Below, one piece after another: positions 29,010-38,768 of a DNA stretch of 64,000 bases. Source of the stretch: a virus; IMG/VR virus record IMGVR_UViG_3300046336_000034, positions 23,009 to 87,008 of that record; one strand, written 5' to 3'. How positions within the stretch are numbered: the first letter of the stretch is position 1; every line of letters begins with the position of its first letter. The translations under genes were made by a program, and so were the position numbers. Below the pieces are notes generated by a model that was not told the DNA's origin, searched no databases, and saw nothing but the letters and a program-made list of their open reading frames with translations.

Positions 29010-29585
29010 TTAAGCGAGTAGTTTATTTTCAACATTCTTGTCCTTTTCTATTATAACTGGGTAAAATACGCCACTATACTCTAGCGCCTTACTTTCATAT
29101 ACACTGCTTGCTTCCTGTGGTGTTGCAAAGCTTCCAAGATGGATTTTTTCACCTGTCAAGCTACGTATTTGAGCAACATATCTGCACGATTTTATATCCC
29201 AACTTACACCCTTAAGACCACTTGTATTGCTTCTAGGCTTACTTGTATTTCTTTTGTTTTCTCGGTGCGAGCAGACCCTGAGATTACTAATACAATTATT
29301 AATAGGATTCCTATCAATATGGTCAATTAGGTTTTGTTCTCCGAAAGGAAATTTCCCATGAACATATAACCAAGCTAATCGGTGTTCCAAGTAGGCTTGA
29401 CCATCAATCTTAATTACCCTATAGCCATTAGGTCTTAAATAACCTGCCCTGTTACCTACTACAATCTTGCTATAAATGGAACTTTTCTCAATCCAAGTAA
29501 AGACTCCAGTATTGGAATCATATTTTAATAATTCTTTTAACCTGTCTAAAGTTAACTTTACTTCTTTTCTCTCGTTGGTTTTCAT
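29010..29585 (-). CDS. HNH homing endonuclease (HNH plus AP2-like)
   Basis: EHRLAWLY, IDHIDRNPINNCISNLR, NTSGLKGVSW, HLGSF. Confidence 0.9.
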   Translation of the reverse strand: MKTNERKEVKLTLDRLKELLKYDSNTGVFTWIEKSSIYSKIVVGNRAGYLRPNGYRVIKIDGQAYLEHRLAWLYVHGKFPFGEQNLIDHIDRNPINNCISNLRVCSHRENKRNTSKPRSNTSGLKGVSWDIKSCRYVAQIRSLTGEKIHLGSFATPQEASSVYESKALEYSGVFYPVIIEKDKNVENKLLA

Positions 29586-29621
29586 TTTGTTTCCTTAGTT
29601 AATAGGATAGTTACTAATAAA

Positions 29622-29675
29622 ACAATCAGCAGGAAGGTAACTAATCTTCTTTTCGAGAATGACTCTAGCTGTTGT
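29622..29675 (-). ncRNA. Three-stem leader RNA C upstream of HNH gene
   Basis: P1 cagc/gctg extended; TA-gag-tcatt-ctc-GAAA (compensatory to ggg/ccc in B); P3 gaag/cttc with loop ATTAGTTAC complementary to GTAACTA and TAACTAA(GG). Confidence 0.78.
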
Positions 29676-29679
29676 AAAT

Positions 29680-30720
29680 AAAAGAACTCCCAAGCAGTTA
29701 AACGTATCTAACCGATGGGAGCCGTGTTGTAGTTAACCCCTCTATTTGAGCTTGATATAGAGGCTTGAGGGGTGTTATGAAAGAAAGATAAAGCAAGCCT
29801 TACCTCATCCTTTTCTACCGTGGGTAGATAGGAAAATTATTAGTGCTACCTTTACGTAGCTCGGTCAAACCTTCCAAAGCGGATTGGCTTCTGGTAAGAC
29901 AGGTTACAACATCAACTGAGTGCGCTTCCAGCAGGTACTCCCACCGGTCTCAGTATCTTTGTTGTTCTTGAAGATAACCCTCACACATGGAAAGTCATTG
30001 TGTAAAGCGGAACTCATCTCCGTTGTTATCTAATTTAATTGGTGCTTACTCGCGCACAGTAAGATAAAAGGGCATACAAGACTTTATCATCGTTACTCGC
30101 AATATCCCCTGAAATTTTACGCATAATCATTTCACCAAACGGTTACTGACTCAGAGGTATAGGTGACGCTTTCACCCTACTCCCGAAAGCGATTCGTTGA
30201 ATCAGTATGCGTTTGGTAAATAAATTGGTGTCAGTAATGAACTCTGACTTGCACTCTATCGACTAAATGTTTCTTGTGGGTGCATCCGACATAAATTACG
30301 AGTCATCACCTCGTCTCACCAAAACCAAGTACACCCTCTGAGCAGTATCCCGTTTCATTTAGGTCTTACTTTATCAGCACTCGATGTACTTGGTTTTGGC
30401 TCCTTTACCTCGACTTGAACGAGGGACATTTGCATTAACAGTGCAACGCTCTACCGACTGAGCTATAAAGGAATAATTGGTGCAAGGACTCGACCCCTCG
30501 TTCTTATAAACTCACCAGAGATGCATAACCTTACGGCACACATGGGAGAATCGAACTCCAAATTATCTTTATCTCACCTGAGAACCAAACCCAAAAACAC
30601 TTCGGAAGTATTTCACTATGTACCGTAAATGCTTTTTAGTTTGGGCAATGTCTAATTCCATTGTGTCAACATCTGAGCATACTGCTCGTTCGGTGGACTA
30701 ACCGACCTACTAATTTGATG
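29680..30720 (-). ncRNA. Cluster of putative structured RNAs around tRNA-Asn
   Basis: No ORF of 60 aa or more; many long inverted repeats; promoter at 30729-30756. Confidence 0.5.
30397..30472 (-). tRNA. tRNA-Asn(GUU)
   Basis: Perfect cloverleaf TCCTTTA/TAAAGGA, anticodon loop CTGTTAA, T arm CCTCG-TTCAAGT-CGAGG, GCCA end. Confidence 0.95.
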
Positions 30721-30728
30721 TATGTCTA

Positions 30729-30756
30729 ATTATATCACGACTTTTTCAGTTGTCAA
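30729..30756 (-). promoter_or_regulatory. Sigma70-type promoter for the tRNA/ncRNA cluster
   Basis: Minus strand TTGACA-16 nt-TATAAT with TG extension. Confidence 0.65.
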
Positions 30757-30935
30757 CAGATATTTTGCTCTTCTTCGATTCTAACCTTAGTACGCCCTGT
30801 GGGGTTTAATAAAGTCTCAAGCTCTTCGTCAATATCTTCTGGAGACTCTTCTTCCGCAAGACAATACCTGCACTTATATATTTTTGTTTCACTGATATTA
30901 GTAAAGTTTACTTTACACTTGTAGCACTTAGCCAT
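30753..30935 (-). CDS. Small zinc-finger protein
   Basis: CYKC...CRYC. Confidence 0.55.
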   Translation of the reverse strand: MAKCYKCKVNFTNISETKIYKCRYCLAEEESPEDIDEELETLLNPTGRTKVRIEEEQNIC

Positions 30936-31130
30936 TTTTTATTCTTATTATTAGTTCTTGTTTAGACTGGTTACTAATCCAGCGGCGGTTCAATAAAAAG
31001 GAGATAAATATTGCCGTCAGATTATTTATCGTGTAGATAGAATCAAGACTTCAGTTAGTAACAGGGTTACTTGGGTTTATACCAAAATAGATTATTACAA
31101 TTCGTATCTTTAATTTTGCACGATTAGTCT

Positions 31131-31159
31131 ATTATATCATAATATTCTACAAATGTCAA
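31131..31159 (-). promoter_or_regulatory. Sigma70-type promoter
   Basis: Minus strand TTGACA-17 nt-TATAAT with TG extension. Confidence 0.7.
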
Positions 31160-31170
31160 GTGAAATGCTT

Positions 31171-31695
31171 TTACACGTCTTTCCTTTGAAAATCTTTGTG
31201 GTGCTTTGCTTCTGCTGCTTTACGAGCAACGATTGCATCTTCCAAACAACTGAAGTAACCAAGGTGCTCACGAGTACTAGTGGTGATGTAGGCTTTCCAT
31301 TTTTGGGACTTCTTGCTCCAAGATATACCTTTAGTCCCTGAAGTATTGTTTTTAGGCTTAACTCTGTTTTGACTATTCTCTTTATATGTTGCCTCTCGTA
31401 AATTCACTAATCTGTTATCAGCTCTATTACCGTTTACATGGTCAATAGTTTTAACAGGAAACTTTCCATTTGAGATTAACCAGATTATTCGGTGGGTTAA
31501 ATATTTCATTCCTTTATAGGTAATATAGCAGTACCCCGTTCTTTCGTCTAAATATCCAGCAGGAGAATCTTTTTTGATTCTTCTACCTACATCTACTGTC
31601 CAGTAAAGTTCTCCTGAATTAGGGATATATTTTAAGACCATAGTAGCCTCTTCAAAGGACAACTGTTTTTCTTTCTTTTTGCTTATTTCTGTCAT
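31171..31695 (-). CDS. HNH homing endonuclease (HNH plus AP2-like)
   Basis: THRIIW, IDHVNGNRADNRLVNLR, NTSGTKGISW, HLGYF. Confidence 0.9.
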   Translation of the reverse strand: MTEISKKKEKQLSFEEATMVLKYIPNSGELYWTVDVGRRIKKDSPAGYLDERTGYCYITYKGMKYLTHRIIWLISNGKFPVKTIDHVNGNRADNRLVNLREATYKENSQNRVKPKNNTSGTKGISWSKKSQKWKAYITTSTREHLGYFSCLEDAIVARKAAEAKHHKDFQRKDV

Positions 31696-31892
31696 TGCAT
31701 ATCGAAACCTATTTTAATAGTAGTTTTACCTGTATTCAACGAATCTTCTGCGATGATATGTTGACTACCTAGAGTTATTTCTTCATACGAGAAGCCCCTC
31801 CCTGTTCTAGGATTCTCCATCCAACCTGAAATCTTGATTTCAGTTTCATCCTTAAATTCCTTAAGTAATTCCCTCATTTTTCCCACTTGCAT
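31692..31892 (-). CDS. Hypothetical protein
   Basis: ORF track; strong SD aaggag. Confidence 0.55.
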   Translation of the reverse strand: MQVGKMRELLKEFKDETEIKISGWMENPRTGRGFSYEEITLGSQHIIAEDSLNTGKTTIKIGFDMQ

Positions 31893-31902
31893 CTATTTCT
31901 CC

Positions 31903-32391
31903 TTAATCAAAACAACAAAACTTTGTTAAAACCTTCGCTGATTGTAATTGTAACACAATTAATCTACGTTGTGCCTCTATTATATCAAAAACTATGTCCT
32001 TCTTCACTACCTTGTCCTTAAAATATATCACAAGGAAGTTATACTTGTCTGTAGGGTGAGGTTGTATCTTAAGTGCACCACTTAGATTCTTAGCAGCTTC
32101 ATTAACCTTGTTAAAAACTGAAGAAGGTACAACCCTAAGATTTGATAACCTATTATCAGTCTTACTTAAATTTAAGTGAAGAATCTTCTGATTTTTTCTA
32201 AGCTTCTTATTATTCCCTAAAGTCCAACATAGGCGGTCAGCTTTGAATTTAGTTTTCTTCTTTATGGTGCTGTCCCAGACAGTGATAAACCCCTCAGCGT
32301 CTGGAGCAATTCTACGCCCTGCTTCTTTGGACTGGATTTCACCTGTTAATGGGTTGTATGCTAACAGTTCGTTAATTCTTTGAAGTTCCAA
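31903..32391 (-). CDS. Divergent HNH-like protein
   Basis: LAYNPLTGEI start; ADRLCW and ILHLNLSKTDNRLSNLR (non-canonical). Confidence 0.6.
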   Translation of the reverse strand: MELQRINELLAYNPLTGEIQSKEAGRRIAPDAEGFITVWDSTIKKKTKFKADRLCWTLGNNKKLRKNQKILHLNLSKTDNRLSNLRVVPSSVFNKVNEAAKNLSGALKIQPHPTDKYNFLVIYFKDKVVKKDIVFDIIEAQRRLIVLQLQSAKVLTKFCCFD

Positions 32392-32589
32392 GTTGTAATA
32401 TCCTTTTAAATGTCTATTAGAGTGCCTTACAAGCCTTAATAGGCACTTTTAAGACCGTTATAGCGAACATCCTAGGGTACACTAGCACAGAGTCAAGTAA
32501 ATCGTTCCTAGCACTGCTAATAGGGTAATAATGCCCCCACCTAGGATGACTACTTGTGCTGGATTTATGTGTTTTAATGTGTTTATCAT

Positions 32590-32967
32590 CTACATGACCT
32601 TTAATTTATGCATTCCCCAGTACCTGCGCACTGGAGAACCCACCATTGCACGAATCTTCTTAAAGGCTGTGCAGTCTTTTGTTAGTTTCTCTATTGCCAA
32701 AGCAGTTCGTAAGAACTTAGAGTCCTTGTTAACATTAGTCAAAGCTTCTACATATAACTTTTTAAGTGCTCCCTCGGAAATAGTAAAATTCTCCTGTGAA
32801 AAATCACACAGTAGAAGGTTAACCTCAAAATCCTCTAAGCGGTCTTCATTTTTTACACGTAAATACTGTTCTAGTGAAATTTGCACTGTTAACTCCTTTT
32901 GCACTCTGTCAAATAGTATAACATTAAAAAAGAATAAATACAAGCTTTTGTAGGTAATAAACAACAT
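32590..32967 (-). CDS. Hypothetical protein (start uncertain)
   Basis: ORF track; an SD-like AAAGGAG inside the ORF suggests a later start. Confidence 0.4.
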   Translation of the reverse strand: MLFITYKSLYLFFFNVILFDRVQKELTVQISLEQYLRVKNEDRLEDFEVNLLLCDFSQENFTISEGALKKLYVEALTNVNKDSKFLRTALAIEKLTKDCTAFKKIRAMVGSPVRRYWGMHKLKVM

Positions 32968-33024
32968 TTATTTATCAAAAACTTGTCCTAAGTCAATAAT
33001 CTCTAAAATAAGTTAGTTTTGTAT

Positions 33025-33053
33025 TTGACAAAAAAGTGTTTTTATGATACAAT
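33025..33053 (+). promoter_or_regulatory. Sigma70-type promoter
   Basis: TTGACA-17 nt-TACAAT with TG extension; a second similar one (TTGACT-17-TAAGAT) near 33260. Confidence 0.6.
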
Positions 33054-33151
33054 TAAAGGTATTAAAAATCTCACAAAAACAAACAAACTTACAGGTTACA
33101 AATTATAATATAGTATTATATAGAAATAAAAATAATAAAGGTAGTAAAGCT

Positions 33152-33413
33152 TCGATGTAGACATCGAGAATGTTGCAACTGTGGTATAGACACCACAGAA
33201 GTAAACTTCTAAGAGTTTTGCACAATAAAGAGAAACCATTTAAGTTTAAAGGGTATTACTTGACTTTTATGTAAAAACATGATAAGATAGGGTTTTTTAA
33301 ATTCATGTGTAAACTACACATAAGTGTACCAGTCTTTAGCTTTGTATTAATATATTTATAATTAATTTATTTTAAGCTTTTAAGGGTATTATCCTCTGTG
33401 ATGTAAACATCAC
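33152..33413. repeat. Four short palindromes with related TARAC centres
   Basis: tcgatg-taga-catcga, ctgtggt-atagac-accacag, atgtgta-aac-tacacat, gtgatg-taaa-catcac. Confidence 0.6.
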
Positions 33414-33565
33414 GATTATTATACTTATACTTCACGCTTGACTCACACCCCTTCGGAGCAGTCCCTAGGGGTTTTATTTCGTCCTTATTTGTAACAAGAT
33501 GTAAAATCTCTTGCAATTTTGATTTATTGTGCTAGAATCCAAATATCTAAACAAAAAGGAGAAAT

Positions 33566-33928
33566 ATGGGATTCTTTAACTTCAAATGTAAACCTACTGA
33601 AGAACTTAAACCACTTCCTAAGATGAGTAATACAAAGCTCTCTGAACTTATTAAAGCTATTACCGAAGGTAAAGTAATTCAAATGTGTTGGTCTGGGTGT
33701 ATGAATTGGTTAGATATGTCTCCTCGTTCGCTTGAGCAATTCCTAGATGTGTTCCTTGAAGAACGATGGGGCTTTCCTGTTTGGTTTAAGGTTAAACCTG
33801 AAGAAGTGCTAAATAACCTAGAAAGTACTCAGAATGATATTGCTTCTATTTTTATTACCCTACATAGACTTCAGAAACAGGTAGACAGCCTAGCTGACAT
33901 AATTCTTAAAAAGGAGAGCCACTTATGA
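33566..33928 (+). CDS. Hypothetical protein
   Basis: Strong SD aaaggag; ORF track. Confidence 0.7.
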   Translation: MGFFNFKCKPTEELKPLPKMSNTKLSELIKAITEGKVIQMCWSGCMNWLDMSPRSLEQFLDVFLEERWGFPVWFKVKPEEVLNNLESTQNDIASIFITLHRLQKQVDSLADIILKKESHL

Positions 33929-34281
33929 ATGATAAACAACGCTTAGATGCTTATGTGCTTGCTGCTATGACTGGTATGGTTGGAAATGTATCTTTACTCT
34001 CCGCTTCTACAACTGAGTACGGGTATAAGCAAATATACAAGTTCGCAAAAGGCATGTTGGATTATGTGGATGAACAGTCCCCGCAAGTGCAACCTGAAGA
34101 AGACGCTGAAGGTTGGATTTTAAACACAGGCACTAAGCCTGAGAATATAAGTTCAGATATTGAGATTATATTTAGAGATGGACAAAAGTACATTAATGCT
34201 AATTCAAGTTGGGTACGTTGGAGTCTTGACCCTATGGGACAACATATCGGTGATGTTATTAAATGGAGGAAAGCACAATGA
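33925..34281 (+). CDS. Hypothetical protein
   Basis: ATGA coupling; C-terminal WILNTG..P...RDG...WSL...DVIKWR domain. Confidence 0.7.
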   Translation: MNDKQRLDAYVLAAMTGMVGNVSLLSASTTEYGYKQIYKFAKGMLDYVDEQSPQVQPEEDAEGWILNTGTKPENISSDIEIIFRDGQKYINANSSWVRWSLDPMGQHIGDVIKWRKAQ

Positions 34282-34562
34282 GTGTTATTTATAAGTACCC
34301 TTTACCAGTTCAGGAAAAGCACATAATTGAGCTTCCTGTAGGTGCAAGAATTATCCGTGTTGAAGACGTGGACGGTTTATTTTTCCTTTGGGCTGTGGTT
34401 GACCCTGAAACTCGCCTCACTGAACAAAGACACCTTGAGTTCTACAAGACAGGACAACCTATTGAGAATTCAGGGGATTTAGTGTACCTAGGGTTATGCA
34501 AATTATTCATAATGCAGGAACTTGGTCTTTATGTCTTTGAGAGGGTTTATTATGAAGTTTAA
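34278..34562 (+). CDS. Conserved-looking hypothetical phage protein
   Basis: Start MSVIYKYPL; LWAVVDP, TGQP, YVFE motifs. Confidence 0.7.
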   Translation: MSVIYKYPLPVQEKHIIELPVGARIIRVEDVDGLFFLWAVVDPETRLTEQRHLEFYKTGQPIENSGDLVYLGLCKLFIMQELGLYVFERVYYEV

Positions 34563-35184
34563 TGAATTACCTGTAAGCTTAGGGCAAGTCTTCTTAGAGT
34601 GCAAGGAGATGATGTTTTATCAGTACCTACCTATTAAACTCCAAGGTCAGACCACTATCCACGTAGAAGATAGGGTTAAGGATAATTTTGGCAGTCTTAT
34701 TAGTAAAGTACTGTGTGACTATGTAGGCGTATACGGTCTTGATTCGTTTGTGGACTCTTACGTGTATGTAACGGTTAAGCACCTATGGCAAACTAGAGGA
34801 ACGTCCTTTAATCGTCAAGGGTGGCATACTGATGGGTTTGGAACACAAGATATTAATTACATCTGGAGTAACCGTAATCCAACTGTGTTCAATATCTCGG
34901 ATTTTAACCTATCAACTGATGATACTGTTTCTATACTTCAAATGGAGGAACAAGCTGCTGGGATTAATGATTATATCTTTGCCAACAATACCCTTTTTAG
35001 ACTTACACCTTTTAATGTACATAGAGTAAATCCTATTCAGCAAGAAGGTATGAGAACTTTCTGTAAGGTTTCCTTTTCTAAGGACAAGTACAATCTCAAA
35101 GGTAACTCTCATAATCACTTATTAGGCTATAACTGGGAAATGCGAGATAGAGATAATGCAAGAAATATTCCACAAGGCACTTAA
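34552..35184 (+). CDS. Putative 2OG-Fe(II) dioxygenase-like protein
   Basis: RQGWHTDG (HxD), distal VHR, RTF. Confidence 0.55.
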   Translation: MKFNELPVSLGQVFLECKEMMFYQYLPIKLQGQTTIHVEDRVKDNFGSLISKVLCDYVGVYGLDSFVDSYVYVTVKHLWQTRGTSFNRQGWHTDGFGTQDINYIWSNRNPTVFNISDFNLSTDDTVSILQMEEQAAGINDYIFANNTLFRLTPFNVHRVNPIQQEGMRTFCKVSFSKDKYNLKGNSHNHLLGYNWEMRDRDNARNIPQGT

Positions 35185-35223
35185 TTGTGTTAAACTCTAA
35201 TTTTATTAGTTAAAGGAGAAACA

Positions 35224-38200
35224 ATGACATCAATTTACATTTTATTTTTAGTCGCACCCTTGGTTGCACACCTAGGGACATACCCCTCTTTAGAGGAGTG
35301 CAACCGTGTAGCTCAAGTCCTAGCTCTTGCACGTCACAAAGGGGATGTTAAAGAAGCTGAGGCTTTCGGCGCTAATCGTTTAGTCTGTGTTAAGAGTAGT
35401 TTAATTAAGTAAGGAGAATATATGAAGTGCAAACAGGGAGATTTAGCATTTATTAAAAAAGCTATAAGACAAGAGAACATCGGTAAAGTTGTTACATGCG
35501 TTAAGCATCTAGGTTATTACGAACGTGGTGCTAATCTTGTTATCAGTGGTGAAGTGTGGACAGCTATTGACACAGGAGACTACTGGTTAATCTCTGGTAA
35601 TATTGAAACCATGTATGGTACTGCTACTCAGAGCCACATCCCTGACCATTGGTTAACCCCTGTTGAGCCTTTACCTCCAGAAGATGCTGATGAAACAGAT
35701 AAGCTGTTAGAGAATGATTTAGTTCTAACAGATTAAGTCCAAGCAACTGCAAGGCGCATCTTGTAATAATGTGTAACAGCACTTGTAATTCAAGAAATCA
35801 ATGATACAATTACTTATCTAAACAAAAAGGAGTTAACCATGCAAGCATTAAATTTTCCACCCCGCCATCCGTCTACCCAAGCAGACGGGCATATCCATAA
35901 CGCACGAACAGATGCAAGTAATGATGTATTCTTTATCAATGCGTCCTACCAAAAGGCATCTGAACCAGTGGTAGTGATTTACCCTTCTGGAAGTTACAAT
36001 GAACCTGTTGAACTAGGGCGATATAAAAATCTAAATGTAGCTGTAAAGATTGCCAGTACTTTTAAACTACCTGAGTACAAGATTTTTAGCTTGGAGACTG
36101 GTGATGAGATTCATTTCCAATAACTGCAAAGGTTAATTATGGAATTAATGCTTATCGAATTAGAGGACTTTCTAGGCTTGGAGTTACAATGCTACTACAG
36201 CTACGAGCCAGCAGTACCAGAGGATGATATTAATCCACCTGAGCAGGCTGTGGTGCAGTTAGAAAAGGTATACCTAGGAGTAGTGCAAGTCCAACCTGAT
36301 AAGCACCTAAAACCCGAGCAGTGGAAAAGACTTGAGCAAGAGATTTATGATAGAATTGAGAAACAAATTTAAGGAGAAACAAATGACAAAGAAACTTACA
36401 ATTAAACAACGACAAGAGATTTATGAATATCTCTTAACACTTAACTGCCCTGATTTACTGGCAGCATTAATTGCCAAACGAGCACAATACTATGCTCTGT
36501 ACTCTTTCAGTGTAAACTCTATTCAGGGTATCATTGAAAATTTGTTTGCATGGCACAATTCACCAGAAGGTTTTGAGTTCTGGCAGATGATGCATGAAGG
36601 TGCGCTGGAGATTGATGATGAAGTATCATACAAGGACGATTTTGAATCTCCAACAGAGTTAGATTTCCCAGTGCATACATCTGAAGCGGTTAAGATTACT
36701 ATCATCCCTCCGAAATCTAATAAGACTCCAGTTAATCTATCATTTTCTGAGAAGGTTAAACTGTTCTTTGGTAAATGGATTTATAAGGTTTGATATGAAT
36801 GACCTATATCTAAAACTTGCTGATAAGGCTGTGAGAAGGTGCAAAAGTGGGTTAGAGGCACATAGTGACTTACTTTATGAGTACATAACAGAGGAAGTAG
36901 TCAAAGAATGTTTAAGCCAAATGTCTGACCACTTAGATAAGCAACGGGTTATTAAACATTTTGAATTGGAGGACTAAATGGATAAGGTGCTTGCGGTAGT
37001 GCTAGGATTATGTATCTGTGGAATGGTCTTTTGCTTGGCTATGCTACCTTCTGCAATGAAGTACGAAATGAGTTGCAGGGAGCAAGGTGGAATAGCTGTT
37101 AGAGGTGTTTGTCTAAAAGTTGAGACAATCAAGGTGGTACACTAATGATTAATATCCTAGATAAATACATGGAGTTAAATCCAAGTAATTACGATGATGA
37201 GGACTTGACAAATTTAATCTTCTGGGCTTCACAAGCCTATGATGAGATTAGCACTCTGCAATATAAAGTAGAAGTAGCTAATAAGAGACTAGGGAAGATT
37301 AACGATTTTGCGGAGACGGTATAATGAATTTAACACAAAAAGAGCACTACACTCTTGGGCTACAGGACGCTATTCGAGAACTAGAAATGGAAATTGAATG
37401 TTGTGAGATGGAGTTAAGTGGAAACAGGCTAAATATTGCTAGGCATGCACTCAAGAATGGTGTAAGTCTTATTCAAGACTTAGTTAACGCAGTAGAGGCA
37501 GGACTATGAGAACAAAGATTGAAACAGATGAGCAAGGCATTGTCCAAGCTCGGCGTGACCGAGATGATTACTACCTAGCGCTGATTAGTGGGAATGACCG
37601 TAAATGTTATGCCATCGAAGATAGCTACGGCTTACTTGGTTATCAGCCTGAGCTAGTCTCTGTGGGGCTAAATGCCGCTGCAGTAGGCAAAGACCCTGAA
37701 GAAGTGATTGAAAGCTACATCGTTGGGAGGATGATTGGGACTAATTAAGCGTAACTATTTGTAAATTACCTAGACTGTGCTGGAATTTAACCTATTTGTG
37801 CTATAATTCGTTTAGATTAACAACAAAGGAGCGAATATGTGGACAAAAGAGAGAATTGAAGAGCGTTCAAAGGTGTTATTTAACTCCCCTTGGGTTTCGC
37901 CTGAGTTAAATGCACGTAACCAGCAAGAGTGGGTTAAGGCTGTGGAGTACTTAGGTGATAAGTTCGCTTATGCTATGCAAGTTCAACGAAAGGATAAGAA
38001 ATGACTATCTACCAACATCTACTAATCCTACTCCCTGCTCTTACTTTGATGTACTGGGGATTCTACGCCAAAGAGAGCACAGGGACTATTATTGCTGCAC
38101 TCCTTGGGTTTGCAATTATGTTCTTGTATCTAGGCACTATAATCGTCAAGGGTTTAGATATCTTATTCCTTTGGGTTGGGACTTTTTAACCTTAAAGCTT

Positions 38201-38589
38201 GACAATCCTTAAATCTGTGGTATAATCATACTTATGAAAACAAACAAAGAGAGGTTAAAATGTCCGTAAATTTAAACAACGATGGGTCGCTTGCAATTAC
38301 AGCAATGTCCCTTGTGGAGTTCCTTCCAGAGATTGAAACAGCCATTCATAATGGGTTCATGTTGAACTTGGAGAAGAATGAGGGGACGCCTCAGCAATTT
38401 GGCTCTATGCTTGTCTTGACAATGTACCCTACAGATGGTGTTGTACAAGCTGGCGAGGAGTTTAAAGAGGCATTGGAAGCCTCTGTTAAAGAGGTTGATA
38501 CCCCTGTTCCAGAGGAAGTACCTAAAGAGGTTGTACCAGAGACTGTAAGTACACCTATTGTACAACGTGGTCGTCCTAAATTGAAATAA
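35224..38589 (+). other. Run of about 14 small hypothetical CDS (35224, 35422, 35839, 36139, ~36383, ~36795, 36978, 37145, 37324, 37506, 37837, 38001, 38260)
   Basis: Tightly packed ORFs with SD sequences and overlapping stop/start codons; 36978-37145, 37145-37324 and 37837-38004 are below the track cut-off. Confidence 0.65.
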
Positions 38590-38768
38590 AGTGGGAGAGT
38601 AATTACCTCCAAAGTGCAAGCGAACTGAAGCCTATATCGAGGTGGACTGAGTGACTAAGTTGCACAAGCTGTCAATTCTCTTAGGACAGCACCTATCCTA
38701 GCCTATCCCTTGGCTATGCTCTAAGCCTGTAATAAACCACAGGCTCTTTTTATTTAAGAAGGGGAAAT

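Noticed and set aside
6113-29675. Leaders as HEARO/omega-type guides for RNA-guided nucleases
   Set aside because: Too short, adjacent proteins show no RuvC motifs, and loops match their own RBS
30321-30397. Hammerhead ribozyme (CTGATAA...GAAAC on minus)
   Set aside because: Core deviates from CUGANGA and stems II/III do not form convincingly
32531-32953. Plus-strand 140-aa ORF
   Set aside because: Antisense to 32590-32967, which has the better SD and fits the local gene direction
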